From the IMG/VR virus record IMGVR_UViG_3300022700_000208, positions 17,646-81,645 of that record: a DNA stretch of 64,000 bases. One strand, written 5' to 3'. This DNA comes from a virus. A program made the translations under genes and the position numbers. A model generated the notes under the pieces. It searched no databases. It saw nothing but the letters and a program-made list of their open reading frames with translations, and had not been told where the DNA came from. Positions 52,942 through 63,841 of this stretch are shown in pieces. Numbering within the stretch: position 1 is the stretch's first letter; every line of letters starts with the position of its first letter.

Positions 52942-53561
52942 TGGCTCAGAGTCAAAGCTTTAATACAAACAATTCGATAACAGCTTTTCCGCCTGATGTC
53001 AGGCAGCAGGATATCTATCCCAAAGTTTCTGAGATGATGGATTTTATAATCAGTAACTTTGAGAGTGAGATAACTGACACTAAATTCAAGTGGACAGGTC
53101 CCAATCAGTTAAGTGAGGATACTATTAAGGAGATCATAACAGAGCTTGGATTTGGATATATTAGGGGAGTGATGGATACCATCACCAATTTTGAGTTCAA
53201 TACCCTGGTTAGCTTTGTCAGTCTTCTTAATCTTTTGAAGGGGCAAAGAGAAGGATTTGAGCTTGTATTAAGGCTTTTGGGGTTTGATTCCATTATCATT
53301 GAGTGGTGGGAAGCAAGTCCTGAACAAGCTCCATGGACATTTGAGCTTGTGGTTATTATGGATACTACTTTAGTTCCTAATGTTTTTGAGACCTTGCAGA
53401 GAATTCAGACTTTTGCAAGGCATTATGTGTTTCCCAAAATAAGCAATGTGGATTTTAGATTTAGCCTGGATAGTTTTGCTGAAAGAGCAGTTATCATGTC
53501 AGGCTTTGTGAAACAGACAAGATCAACATCGTTTCCAATATTTAGAAGAGCTAATATCTAG
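52941..53561 (+). CDS. baseplate/tail protein (P2 I/gp7-like)
   Basis: LKGQREGFELVLRLLG..IIEWWE..PWTF. Confidence 0.75.
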   Translation: MAQSQSFNTNNSITAFPPDVRQQDIYPKVSEMMDFIISNFESEITDTKFKWTGPNQLSEDTIKEIITELGFGYIRGVMDTITNFEFNTLVSFVSLLNLLKGQREGFELVLRLLGFDSIIIEWWEASPEQAPWTFELVVIMDTTLVPNVFETLQRIQTFARHYVFPKISNVDFRFSLDSFAERAVIMSGFVKQTRSTSFPIFRRANI

Positions 53562-53575
53562 GTAAGGAATAAAAT

Positions 53576-56500
53576 ATGGCGATCCAAGGGGTTATTACAG
53601 ACGTAGGAGTACAAAAGTCAATAGATGCTGCCAATAATGAGGGCTTTAATATAAGGCCCAAATCATTTTCGGTCAGCAATATTGCAGGTGCTCTTAGCGT
53701 ATCAAGAACATCTGACAACAGTGGAGTATTCTTTTCATCTCCCATATCAAGCTTTGTTGTTATTGATGAGAACACCATAAAATTTATTTGTACAGTTACT
53801 CCTGGTCAGATTCCAAGCGGTACAACCAGAAATATTTCAGAAATTGCTTTATTTGCTGAGGATCAAAATAATAATGAATTTCTTTTTGCTCTTGGACAGC
53901 CTCAGCCAGCTATCACGTATGAGCCTTCTGGATCAGTAACCCTTGAATTAGAAGTATCAATTGTTAATATTGATCTTTCTGATCAGTTTGTCTTTGAATT
54001 CACTCAGGCAACTGAACTTGGAGAGCATGAGGACTCTTTCACTCCTCACTTACCTCTCCAGGCAGAGATGGCAAGGGCAGGTCAGTTTGTTCCTGGAGGG
54101 CCTTTCTCTTTTGAATACACAGGTCAGGATTTTGATAAGGACGTTATATTTGATGGAGTCAAGGCATCAGCAACTTATGGTGGAATCACCTTTACAGCTA
54201 AATTCCCAGGACCAGAGGGAAATAACATCACACTTGTCTTTGATGGACAGGACACCGTGGATGAGGTCGTGCTGGCATGGAATAATGCTAATCCTTATAA
54301 TCCTGTCGAGCATAATGGCCTCGGGACCGAAGTTCTAACAGCCAATCCAGGTCTTGTCCTGTCAAGTGGATCACTCAATGTAGACCAGAATGATGTGGTC
54401 TATAAGGACACAGATAGTGTTTATAAGCAAGCTTTGGCCGATGGAACAATAAGAGCCAAGGCAGCAGGTGTTGCTGATATTGATCCCGACAGAACAGGAA
54501 GAAGAGTTATATCCAGTGGCTTTATTGGAATAACTACTGGATTTGATATTGGAAGTGAGCTATTCCTGTCTGACACTAACCCAGGGAAGATCACTGATTC
54601 AGCCACAGCGGTTAAGGTAGGGCTTCAAACAGACACTGATTTCATTTTGTTTTCAGCCTTTGGAGGAGGAACTCCAGGTGGAGCCCAAACTTTTGATGCT
54701 GTTGTAACTGATATTGGTGGGTTTGGTTTTTACCCTACAACCCAACAGGCTATTGATGCTGTATCAGATGGTGCCTTTATCCTGGTTGATAAGCTGGAGC
54801 AGATAAAATCCCAGCTCAGTCTCAATGGAAAGAGCCTACGATTTGTCTTCAATGGCTTCCAGACAGGATGGGAGAAATTTCCTGGAATTGGTGAGCAGCA
54901 GCTCATTGAATTTTCGTCTGTTCCTGATGCAGGAACATGGCGTATTGAATTTGATGGACAAGAGGGACCTGATCTTACTCATAATGCTACAGCAGCAGAT
55001 GTTGAAAACGTATTCCAAAATGATTTTGGAGTTAATGCTTCTGTTTCGGGCAACTTTAGCATGGGATTCACTGTTACGTTTCCCTTGTTTCAAGATTTTC
55101 CTCAACCTACTTTCCAAGATCCTGGTCTCAATGAAATTCAGAGGTTTACTTTTTCCAATGAGCCAGATGATGGAACAGTTACTTTTGAATTCAATGGTGA
55201 GCAGACACTAAACTTTCCTTGGGATGATAATGCCTCAGATCTTGAGATTGCATTTGAGGATCTTTCCAATATTGAAAATGTCACAGTGACAGGTGGGTTT
55301 TCTCAAGGATTTTTCCAGATTGAATTTTCTGGGAATGATGGGCTTGAGCCAAAGAATCTCATACAGGTTGTCCAAAATGATCTTGAACTCAATGGAAGTC
55401 CGACCATCATCAATGAGGATCTGGATACTCAAACTATTGAGTCACTCACTTCAGATGATTTCATTGATGTGGGATCTGGATTTACAGATGTAGGGCAGAC
55501 CTTTACTACTACACCTATTGCCTTTGATCTTGAAAAAATCTATTTTGATATATTTAATCCCTCTGGGGCTACAGGGGAGATTAGATTTGATGTTTTTGAA
55601 ACTTCTGGGGGAGAGCCTACAGGATCATCCATTGCCACGACTGGCAACATTGATGTAACAACCCTTCCAAGCTCTCAAAGCGGTCTTCAAGAATTTGCCC
55701 TTCAAAGTGCTGTAGCTCTTAGTTCAACCACTCAATACGCTGTTGTGGCAACTAATGTTTCCAGCAATGCAGGAATCAGATTTGCCATTGACACAACAGA
55801 TCCCTATGGCGGGGGAGCCTTGGTTGATTCTACGGACAATCAATCCACATGGTCTATCAACAGTGGATCTGATATGGTCTTTAGAGTTACAGGTACAGGT
55901 GGAAATCCAAGCATCCCAATTGATGCCATTGAGGTTCAAAACGGAAAATATCCTGCAAGCAACCTTTCCAGCAGTGGATCTGATGTTACTATATCTGTTT
56001 CCACAACATCAGAAGGTGAGCCTCAGGGACCATCCAATCTCTTAGTTATTGATTCCGACAAAAATGTATTTGAGGGACTTGGTGTTATCCAGAATTTTGA
56101 TGGTTTTGCTATTGATCTTAATGGGCATGTAGACACCAAAATTGAGATGTTCTTTAACAATAATGGAGTCAATCTCATAACAGAGGATCTGACTCCTGGA
56201 GTTGACTACTCTGTGGTTGGCTCAATTGGATATGCCGATGATATCAATGGCCAATTAAGGCTAAAAGAGCACCCCTCCAATAAGAGCCGTGTGGTTGTAA
56301 CAGGAGTTGACAGAGAAACTCTCGATGGCACCACTAAAGCCTTCACTCTCCAAAATCAGCTTCTTGATTTTGAGGGGGCTGAGATTGATTTCTCCACAGG
56401 GGAGGTATTTGCTCCAGATGGTGTCACTCCTCTTGGGCTCAATTTCACTCCCCCATCTATTCAAGAACAGCAATGGAGATGGTTTTCTGTCAGTGTAGTT

Positions 56501-59140
56501 CCTGAACTTGTAACCAGTGACCAGGAAACCAAAGGACAGATCCTTGTTCTTCCAGCCACTTCTGATGGGGCCAGTAAACAAGCGGCCAATAAGCCTCCCC
56601 TTGGATCAGGTATCCAGCTTGGTGCTATAGCTGTACAGCAGCAGCAAAATGCCATCTTGGTTGAAAGAACAATTGATAATAATAGTCTTGAATTCCAAGG
56701 ACCTGGAACCTATCAAGCTATTGGAACAATATTTACGGCTGATTCCAATCCTGTGGCTGAATTGGCTGCTGAGTTGAGAAGAGTTGGAACTCCAGGTGGG
56801 GAGATCTTTTTCAAGATTTATCCCGATGATGGAGGAGGAAATCCAGATACCTCTACAGTTCTTTTTGAAAATGATCCCATTAACAATCCCCTGGATATTA
56901 ACACTCTTATTGGAACCTCAGACACAGAAGTTTTAGTTAAGGTTCCTAACCTCAATCTTACAAATGGCAATGATTATCACTTTGTTATTGAAACGAATCA
57001 GGAATACAAAAATAACCAGGATGGATCAAATTATATTGAGTGGAAGGTTAATGATGCTGCTCCCACAACAGATGTGAGAGTATTTGATGGCTCCTGGTCA
57101 AGCATTAATTTTCACCGTGCTGTTTTCAGAATTGAAACCAAGACAGCCCTTGAGGACATTGTTCAAGGAAATATCAGACAAAATACCCTCGGTGGGGGTT
57201 CTGGAGGTGGAATTGGTGATGTTCTGGACACTACTAACCGCTTCCAGATTTACCTTGATGATTCTGATTTTGAATTAGGTCAGATTAACTCCTTTAAGAA
57301 CTCTGATCCTCTTCTCTTAGTTGATGAGGGAAATTCAACAGGAAGCTTTGGAATTGTATCAGGGACGTATGATCTTGGCATTTCTGAGATTATGCGCTCT
57401 GTTCAGTTAGTTGATTTTGATGAGTTGGAAGATCAGGCTGGAGTTTCCAATATTGCTGTTCATTCTTATTGGCAGATTGGAAACCTGGATGAGTCAGCTA
57501 TTCACCGAGTATCCCGAATGGGCGGTCTGGCTGGCACCTTCCAGCAGGTCAATATGGTAAGAAATGGCCTCACTGATGTTCTTGAGGGAGAGCATGAGTT
57601 CAGTGAGGAAAAATCCTTCTCTGATTTCATCGACCAGCCAAATGGGGCTTCCTCTGTTGACCTGGATGATGGAACAAACAGACAGGTTGTCTCCCAGCCA
57701 ATTGTTCTTTCTCAGACGCGGGATGTCAGTAAAGTCACTCTCTATCTGACTAGGGCAGGCTCCCCCTCAGGGAAATTCAATCTGGCCCTGGTTCAGGATG
57801 ATGGATCAGGAAACCCTGATCTGAGCGCTGTATTGGCCCAGAGGGGCTTTTTCTCGGTGGTTGATATTGGCACCTCGGAAGAGGCCAAAGACATTCCTGT
57901 GGATCTACAGTTGGCTGCAACTACTTACCATGCTGTGGTTATCACGGACTCAGCCTATAAAAGCTCTTATTCCGATGGGGTGGATGAGATTGCTCTCAGC
58001 TATGATTCTGATGCGGGGCTTTCAAATTACCAGACCTATGATGGCTCCACATTCACCACAGCGGGTGGAGATGCCACGCTCAAGCATCAGGTCACAGAAC
58101 AAACACTCATTCTCCAAACCTTAGAGGAAAATGCTTTTGCCAATGCCGATGGTTCTCTGGAGCTAACGGACGGGGCAGGCTCCCAGGATGCTTTGGCCCA
58201 GCCCTTTACGGTATCGGGCAATAGGAACACCTTTAAGAAACTCACTTTTGAGTATGATAAGACAGGAAACCCCCAAGGATTCCTTACTATCAAATTGGTT
58301 AACTTGGATGGAAGTGGCAACCCTGATCCTTCTTCTGTGATTTCTTCAAGATCTGAGGATATAACTCAGCTTTCTTCAGGAGTTAATCAACTAAGCTTTT
58401 TAGTTCCTGAGAACACAGTGACTTCAGGTGATTATGCTATCCTTTTTGAAACGGATCAGGATTATAAAGACAACTTTTCTACAGGAGTTGATGCTCTTGC
58501 TATTAGGGCTGATACTTCAGCTCCTCTTGATCTTGGAATTCTGGAAGCCAAAAGCTTTGATGGAACTTCCTGGTCAGATGTTACAGACACAGCCTTTGTG
58601 TTTCTTATTGAGGGAAGGCAGCTTGAGCTTATCCTAGAGATTGAGTCCACCATCTCTGATGCCCGAATGAAAGGCTTTGGGGTTGCCTATGGACAGAAGA
58701 CAGGAAAAGTTGTAGCAGACTCTCTTCCTATTGCTTACACAACAGTTCAGCCAACTACTCAGGAAGTAAGAGTTAATTTATCTGCCCTTGCTCCCCTGGA
58801 TAATAATTATCTCAAAGCATTCATTCAGGATGGATCGGGACAGGTTTACATGCATCCTGAATTTGAGATTGATGGGGATGAGGTTGTCTTTCCTGCTGGA
58901 GTGTTTGATGTTCCAAATGCTGTTCCTATAAGATTTGAACAGTTCACTCCAGGTCTCAAGGAGGTCAATCCATCACTTATCAATACGATGAAAGAAAACT
59001 TCCTTGGATCATCAATCTCAGGTCTTGATTTTTCCTTCCCTGGAAGAGGGGTAAAACTGAGAGCTGATGATGGAACATTGGTTGAGCTTCAAGTGACAGA
59101 GGGGCCAACTCGAACTATTAGAATCGTGGATCAGGAGTAA
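53576..59140 (+). CDS. giant tail fibre protein
   Basis: N-terminus VITDVG..ISEIALFA (P2 H-like baseplate attachment) followed by repeated beta-sandwich modules. Confidence 0.8.
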   Translation: MAIQGVITDVGVQKSIDAANNEGFNIRPKSFSVSNIAGALSVSRTSDNSGVFFSSPISSFVVIDENTIKFICTVTPGQIPSGTTRNISEIALFAEDQNNNEFLFALGQPQPAITYEPSGSVTLELEVSIVNIDLSDQFVFEFTQATELGEHEDSFTPHLPLQAEMARAGQFVPGGPFSFEYTGQDFDKDVIFDGVKASATYGGITFTAKFPGPEGNNITLVFDGQDTVDEVVLAWNNANPYNPVEHNGLGTEVLTANPGLVLSSGSLNVDQNDVVYKDTDSVYKQALADGTIRAKAAGVADIDPDRTGRRVISSGFIGITTGFDIGSELFLSDTNPGKITDSATAVKVGLQTDTDFILFSAFGGGTPGGAQTFDAVVTDIGGFGFYPTTQQAIDAVSDGAFILVDKLEQIKSQLSLNGKSLRFVFNGFQTGWEKFPGIGEQQLIEFSSVPDAGTWRIEFDGQEGPDLTHNATAADVENVFQNDFGVNASVSGNFSMGFTVTFPLFQDFPQPTFQDPGLNEIQRFTFSNEPDDGTVTFEFNGEQTLNFPWDDNASDLEIAFEDLSNIENVTVTGGFSQGFFQIEFSGNDGLEPKNLIQVVQNDLELNGSPTIINEDLDTQTIESLTSDDFIDVGSGFTDVGQTFTTTPIAFDLEKIYFDIFNPSGATGEIRFDVFETSGGEPTGSSIATTGNIDVTTLPSSQSGLQEFALQSAVALSSTTQYAVVATNVSSNAGIRFAIDTTDPYGGGALVDSTDNQSTWSINSGSDMVFRVTGTGGNPSIPIDAIEVQNGKYPASNLSSSGSDVTISVSTTSEGEPQGPSNLLVIDSDKNVFEGLGVIQNFDGFAIDLNGHVDTKIEMFFNNNGVNLITEDLTPGVDYSVVGSIGYADDINGQLRLKEHPSNKSRVVVTGVDRETLDGTTKAFTLQNQLLDFEGAEIDFSTGEVFAPDGVTPLGLNFTPPSIQEQQWRWFSVSVVPELVTSDQETKGQILVLPATSDGASKQAANKPPLGSGIQLGAIAVQQQQNAILVERTIDNNSLEFQGPGTYQAIGTIFTADSNPVAELAAELRRVGTPGGEIFFKIYPDDGGGNPDTSTVLFENDPINNPLDINTLIGTSDTEVLVKVPNLNLTNGNDYHFVIETNQEYKNNQDGSNYIEWKVNDAAPTTDVRVFDGSWSSINFHRAVFRIETKTALEDIVQGNIRQNTLGGGSGGGIGDVLDTTNRFQIYLDDSDFELGQINSFKNSDPLLLVDEGNSTGSFGIVSGTYDLGISEIMRSVQLVDFDELEDQAGVSNIAVHSYWQIGNLDESAIHRVSRMGGLAGTFQQVNMVRNGLTDVLEGEHEFSEEKSFSDFIDQPNGASSVDLDDGTNRQVVSQPIVLSQTRDVSKVTLYLTRAGSPSGKFNLALVQDDGSGNPDLSAVLAQRGFFSVVDIGTSEEAKDIPVDLQLAATTYHAVVITDSAYKSSYSDGVDEIALSYDSDAGLSNYQTYDGSTFTTAGGDATLKHQVTEQTLILQTLEENAFANADGSLELTDGAGSQDALAQPFTVSGNRNTFKKLTFEYDKTGNPQGFLTIKLVNLDGSGNPDPSSVISSRSEDITQLSSGVNQLSFLVPENTVTSGDYAILFETDQDYKDNFSTGVDALAIRADTSAPLDLGILEAKSFDGTSWSDVTDTAFVFLIEGRQLELILEIESTISDARMKGFGVAYGQKTGKVVADSLPIAYTTVQPTTQEVRVNLSALAPLDNNYLKAFIQDGSGQVYMHPEFEIDGDEVVFPAGVFDVPNAVPIRFEQFTPGLKEVNPSLINTMKENFLGSSISGLDFSFPGRGVKLRADDGTLVELQVTEGPTRTIRIVDQE

Positions 59141-59143
59141 AAT

Positions 59144-60184
59144 ATGAAAGGTGATCAATCACTTTTACTGGCAACCAATGAGGTGACAAACCTCTTTTCC
59201 AATTCTGACTTGACTTATTTTCAGTATGGGGAAAGTGCATCTTTGTTAGAAGCTAATCCTGAGTCTTATCATGGTCCTGACAGATTTACTTTAGTAAGGA
59301 CTGGAACTGGAAGAGCTGGGGATGCTTTTATACAATCCACAGATGTACCTGATCCTCAATTTGATTTTTCTGTTGACGCTACAAGAGAACATGGAGCGTC
59401 AGATGAGCATCTGAATATTTATCAGAAGATTGAGTCTATATTTTCAAGCAGACTTACAATAGAAGGGAGAGCATCATTTAGCTTTTTTGTAAAGCCTCTT
59501 CAAGATATTGCATCAATAAATATTGATTTTTTCTATCCAAGTTCAAAAGATAATTGGCCAGGTGGATCAACTCTTTTTCATAGCGTATCTTTAACTGCTG
59601 GAGTTGATTTTAATATAGGCGAGTGGTTCCAGCCAAAAGTTGAAAACGTACCTATGCCAACTCAGGTATCTAATGGACTGATGGTTAGAATAAGAACAAA
59701 TGCTTTAGAGTCTTCCTTCCCTGAGTTTACTCAAATAAAAACAACAGGATGGCAGTGTAATGAAGGAAGAAAAGTCCTTCCCTGGAGATTGATGCTGGAA
59801 AATCGTTTTGAAGAGCTTGGAATACTACAAAGATATGCTGAGATCGGATTTACTACTTATGCGAATATAAATTTTGAAGAATCCTCAACCAATAATAGGT
59901 TAGCTATTCTTGGGGGAAAGTTTTCTACAATAAAAAGATCAGGACCTACTGTAACTTTTTATGGAACAGGGGATATAACAAATTCAAGAGGTCTTCCTGG
60001 TTTAAATGGAATGGGAAATGCAAATTCTGTGAGACTTTACAATGCAGGTAAGTTCTGGGGTGTTGATACAATAGGGGGAATATTAAGCCGTTCTTATATT
60101 GGCTTATATCTTATATTGAATGCAAATACAGATTCAGGAGAGGCTTATTATTTCTCTTTTTGGATGGCCAAAGCTGAACTATAA
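59144..60184 (+). CDS. tail fibre/receptor-binding-like module
   Basis: NLFSNSD..PDRF..QKIE..EELGILQRY..AEL; paralog of 62782. Confidence 0.6.
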   Translation: MKGDQSLLLATNEVTNLFSNSDLTYFQYGESASLLEANPESYHGPDRFTLVRTGTGRAGDAFIQSTDVPDPQFDFSVDATREHGASDEHLNIYQKIESIFSSRLTIEGRASFSFFVKPLQDIASINIDFFYPSSKDNWPGGSTLFHSVSLTAGVDFNIGEWFQPKVENVPMPTQVSNGLMVRIRTNALESSFPEFTQIKTTGWQCNEGRKVLPWRLMLENRFEELGILQRYAEIGFTTYANINFEESSTNNRLAILGGKFSTIKRSGPTVTFYGTGDITNSRGLPGLNGMGNANSVRLYNAGKFWGVDTIGGILSRSYIGLYLILNANTDSGEAYYFSFWMAKAEL

Positions 60185-60195
60185 AGGATTGATTT

Positions 60196-60978
60196 ATGAG
60201 AATTTTGAGATCACAAGATAAAATAGGTAATCCTATACTTTCTGGATCGAATATTGAAATCCCAGCAAGCAGAATAACTATAGGAGGAAGACAGTTTAGA
60301 CCTTCTGGGGGGTTATTATCAGTTTCTGTTCCAAGTCTCACGGCGAACAACCTCTATTTCATCTATGCAGTTCAATCAGGCGGCGCTGTCTCTTTGGTGA
60401 TAAATCAAAATGTGAATAGCGTTGGTCCAAGCGGCCATGTTGCTTGGAAATTGGTGGGTGCGTTTTATGCCGATGGACTATCAACTGTTGGATTCGGTAG
60501 CTTTGTCACTATAGAAGGTAGACCTAGCACAGAAAATATTAAGATGGATGGGCCAGTAACCAATATAACATCGAATGTAGACACTGAAGGTGCAAATTGG
60601 TGGCGGCGAGGCTCACACATAATACTTAATGGTGGATTGAAATTAAATGGTGACATAACGCCAAGTTCAGTTGGTGCTAATCTTCCGAGTAACTTATTAG
60701 CTAATGCAAATGCCCTTGACATCGGTTTAACAGGCGGGACAGGTGACCACATGGTGGTTGGATTTTGGCGTTTTGTGGACGCAAATTCATTTAGTGAAAA
60801 TACTGGTGGGGATGTTGCTTACGACATTAGTTCATCATTTCTAGTTTTTAGAGTTAATGGAAGTGGTAATCTTAGACCTGACCTGGATTCCCCTAATATG
60901 AATAGCAATGATGCTTTAAAATGGCAATTTGAAGTTCCCATACAGGGTTGGACAAATACACCTCTAAAAGACTTATAA
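60196..60978 (+). CDS. tail fibre accessory protein
   Basis: LTANNLYFIYAV, WWRRGS, EVPIQGW; position. Confidence 0.55.
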   Translation: MRILRSQDKIGNPILSGSNIEIPASRITIGGRQFRPSGGLLSVSVPSLTANNLYFIYAVQSGGAVSLVINQNVNSVGPSGHVAWKLVGAFYADGLSTVGFGSFVTIEGRPSTENIKMDGPVTNITSNVDTEGANWWRRGSHIILNGGLKLNGDITPSSVGANLPSNLLANANALDIGLTGGTGDHMVVGFWRFVDANSFSENTGGDVAYDISSSFLVFRVNGSGNLRPDLDSPNMNSNDALKWQFEVPIQGWTNTPLKDL

Positions 60979-60989
60979 GGAAATAGGCT

Positions 60990-61073
60990 ATGAGTAGTAT
61001 TGGAAAAAACGTTAAGTCGAGAAGAAAGAAGGGCTCACCAAGCGACAGACAGCTTGCTGTTGATTTTGAATAA
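60990..61073 (+). pseudogene. 27-aa mini-ORF, possible remnant of a fibre gene
   Basis: MSSIGKN.. resembles the start of the next gene (MSNGSIGKN). Confidence 0.35.
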
Positions 61074-61084
61074 AGGAATAAAAT

Positions 61085-62305
61085 ATGAGCAATGGTTCAA
61101 TTGGAAAAAATTCAACACAGATAAGATCAAATAAGGTCAACCCTACTGGCTTTGAGAAAGTCCCTTTTGCTCATCAAGCAAGCCAGGGAGACACAGGCAT
61201 TGATATGCTAAATCTCAATGCCCCTGAGGGGTATGTTAACCGCTCCCCCAATATAATAAATGAAGCTCTTGGGAGACAAACTCAGGGCAATATCCTTCTC
61301 TCCAATGGGGAAGGAAAAGTGATGGGTGAAGGTGTGGATTTTATCCGCACAGGAACCCGTATTGAATTCACAGGTGGATTCACGGCTCAAGATGGTGAGA
61401 TCTTTTATGGACAGATAGACAATTCTCCTCAGAGAGGAAGGGTGGACCTTCTTGATGGCCATCAGATCTCCCCAAGAAATACTCTTGAGGTAGGACAGAC
61501 CTCATTCAACCTTGGAAGGACAGTCAAGATTCCCCAGGGAAATGAAGCTGATCCTATCATGGTGATGAGAAACAGACAGCAGTCCCTTAGGGGGGATGAT
61601 TGGGTATATGTGGATAATGGATCAGGGTATGCCCAGCTCATTGAATTCAATCGTCCAGGAGAGCTTCTATCGGGTGGAAATAAAGAAGAGGTACAGGTCT
61701 TTTCCAATGGATTTGTGGTTGAACAAAACCCAACTAACCAAAGAAGAGAGATTGAAAAGATAAGAGGTCAGGTTGAAAGAATAACTCAAGCTCTTGAGAC
61801 AAACCTTGGACTTGATCAGATCCTCTTTCTTCTTGGATCTCCTACCCAGGATGATCTTAAGGCATTTGGTGATACTGTCCTTGATCTTTTGAATAGAATG
61901 CAGACACAAGAAAATGTAGCTATAAGAAAAAACAGATCTCAAACAAAAACAAGTGTTGTAAATTATTCGTCCCCCCAAAATGTTTCTGAGATAAGCTTTA
62001 ATAATTTAGTGATTGGGCGCAGATATAGAATTGTATGTCGTGTAAACTGGAGAACACGAAATGGAGGAACTCCAATATTTAGATATGAGGATTCTTTGGG
62101 TAATGCTTTAACAAGTAGAGTTGATGCAGAAGACAATGATAGTAGTTTTAGCACGGAAGAGGGATTATCTATTGGGGAATTTACAGCTCAAGATACTCAA
62201 GCAATTGCTGTTATTCTTGATGCTAATGCTGATGGTGTATTCAATGCAGCCACATCTATTTTAACTGAGCTAAACGACACTGAAGAAACATCTGACTTTA
62301 CTTAA
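61085..62305 (+). CDS. tail fibre accessory protein with variable C-terminal module
   Basis: Position; C-terminus paralogous to 62319. Confidence 0.55.
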   Translation: MSNGSIGKNSTQIRSNKVNPTGFEKVPFAHQASQGDTGIDMLNLNAPEGYVNRSPNIINEALGRQTQGNILLSNGEGKVMGEGVDFIRTGTRIEFTGGFTAQDGEIFYGQIDNSPQRGRVDLLDGHQISPRNTLEVGQTSFNLGRTVKIPQGNEADPIMVMRNRQQSLRGDDWVYVDNGSGYAQLIEFNRPGELLSGGNKEEVQVFSNGFVVEQNPTNQRREIEKIRGQVERITQALETNLGLDQILFLLGSPTQDDLKAFGDTVLDLLNRMQTQENVAIRKNRSQTKTSVVNYSSPQNVSEISFNNLVIGRRYRIVCRVNWRTRNGGTPIFRYEDSLGNALTSRVDAEDNDSSFSTEEGLSIGEFTAQDTQAIAVILDANADGVFNAATSILTELNDTEETSDFT

Positions 62306-62318
62306 TAAGGACTGACTT

Positions 62319-62771
62319 ATGATCAATCTGTTGCAGAAAATAATTAGAAGAATTGATGATCGAACTAATAAAGTACAAACCAAAATTCTTAGCTCTGACA
62401 CAATTTCTACGGGTGTGATATTAACTTTTAATAATTTAGTTCCTGGACGTATGTACGATGTGAAAGGACCAATAAAATGGGACTTAGATGGAAATAATAT
62501 TGATACAGCTAGGGGTGTGGTTCAAATCAAAGATGGGTCAATCATAGTCTCTACTACTCATTGGAGATGGAGAAGAAACGATGATGAGGAAATGGATGAC
62601 TTTTGGGGAACTGACCATTTAAATTTTTCCTTTAAGGCCACGAACTCAACTATGACTGTGGAAATAGCTGGATTGTTGAATATGATAGTATTGGGAAGCA
62701 ATAATAGAAGTAACACATACGTACAGCTAGAAGAAAGAAATGATTTGGTTGAAACAACGGACTTCACTTAA
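62319..62771 (+). CDS. stand-alone copy of the C-terminal fibre module
   Basis: QTK..FNNLVxGRxY..ETxDFT shared with 61085. Confidence 0.55.
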   Translation: MINLLQKIIRRIDDRTNKVQTKILSSDTISTGVILTFNNLVPGRMYDVKGPIKWDLDGNNIDTARGVVQIKDGSIIVSTTHWRWRRNDDEEMDDFWGTDHLNFSFKATNSTMTVEIAGLLNMIVLGSNNRSNTYVQLEERNDLVETTDFT

Positions 62772-62781
62772 GGGTTAACTT

Positions 62782-63828
62782 ATGAGTCAATTTTTATCAT
62801 CTAGGATAAACCAGCTTTTCAGAAATCTTCTCATAAATGGAGATCAATCTATTGCTCAAAGAATAGGAGATCTTGGATCAAGAAATATTTCTGGAACAGC
62901 TCAGTTTGCAGCAGACAGATTCAAGGTAACTCACTTTGGTATGTCTGGTTCTATTGACGTATCCCACATTTCTTCATCTCCAGGAAGAGTTTTGACTGGG
63001 TATGAAGGAAACAGGGCAGTCAGAATAGATGTAAATACGGCTGATTCCTCTCTTGGAACAGGTTCTTCCTGTGGAATAGTTCAGCCTGTTGAAGGGAAAA
63101 CTTTTCAATCTTTCAGTGCCAAAGGAAAAGAGCTATTTGTTCTTTTCTTTGCCAGGGCTAACCAGCAATTCAATTTATCCCATGCTCTAAGAAATAATGA
63201 TACTGGGAGTGGATCTCCAGATTATGCCTATGTAACTCCAGTGACCATCGGAACTGATTGGACTAGAGTGGCAATAAAGGTTCCTCCTCATTTAAGCTCT
63301 CCCACTCACATAGGTACAGGAACTGCCTTAGAGTCTCAACTAACTTTAGCTGCTGGATCTAATCCATCAACTTCCAATCTCAATGTATGGACTCCAGAGA
63401 ATGTGGTTGGATCTGACACCCAGGACAATTTCCTTGCATCAACATCCAATTGGATTGAGTTCACTCAGGCAGGTCTTTATGTGGCTGATTCCTTCAATAC
63501 AGACATGATCAATAATTTCGATTTTCTTCCTCACTCTTTTCTTATTGGAGAGGAAAGAAGAGCTATGCAACGATATTTTCAAATTTTCAATTTTGCAACT
63601 TCGGGTAGTTCAGATGGATCTATCAATAATCATAAATTCCATAAAACTTTGCCTGTTGAAATGAGAACAAGTCCTACACTAATTAGAACAAACATCATTG
63701 AAACAGATAATATACAAAGTGAAGCAGTTGTGGTTGAAACAGGAACATCGGGACTTATGTTTTTTCTAGGTACACTTAGTACAGATTATAGAAGAAGATC
63801 AGAATGGACAGCCGAAGCAGAACTTTAA
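62782..63828 (+). CDS. tail fibre/receptor-binding-like module
   Basis: RNLLINGDQSIAQR..ADRF..MQRYF..EMRTSPT..AEAEL. Confidence 0.6.
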   Translation: MSQFLSSRINQLFRNLLINGDQSIAQRIGDLGSRNISGTAQFAADRFKVTHFGMSGSIDVSHISSSPGRVLTGYEGNRAVRIDVNTADSSLGTGSSCGIVQPVEGKTFQSFSAKGKELFVLFFARANQQFNLSHALRNNDTGSGSPDYAYVTPVTIGTDWTRVAIKVPPHLSSPTHIGTGTALESQLTLAAGSNPSTSNLNVWTPENVVGSDTQDNFLASTSNWIEFTQAGLYVADSFNTDMINNFDFLPHSFLIGEERRAMQRYFQIFNFATSGSSDGSINNHKFHKTLPVEMRTSPTLIRTNIIETDNIQSEAVVVETGTSGLMFFLGTLSTDYRRRSEWTAEAEL

Positions 63829-63841
63829 TTAGGAGAAATAT

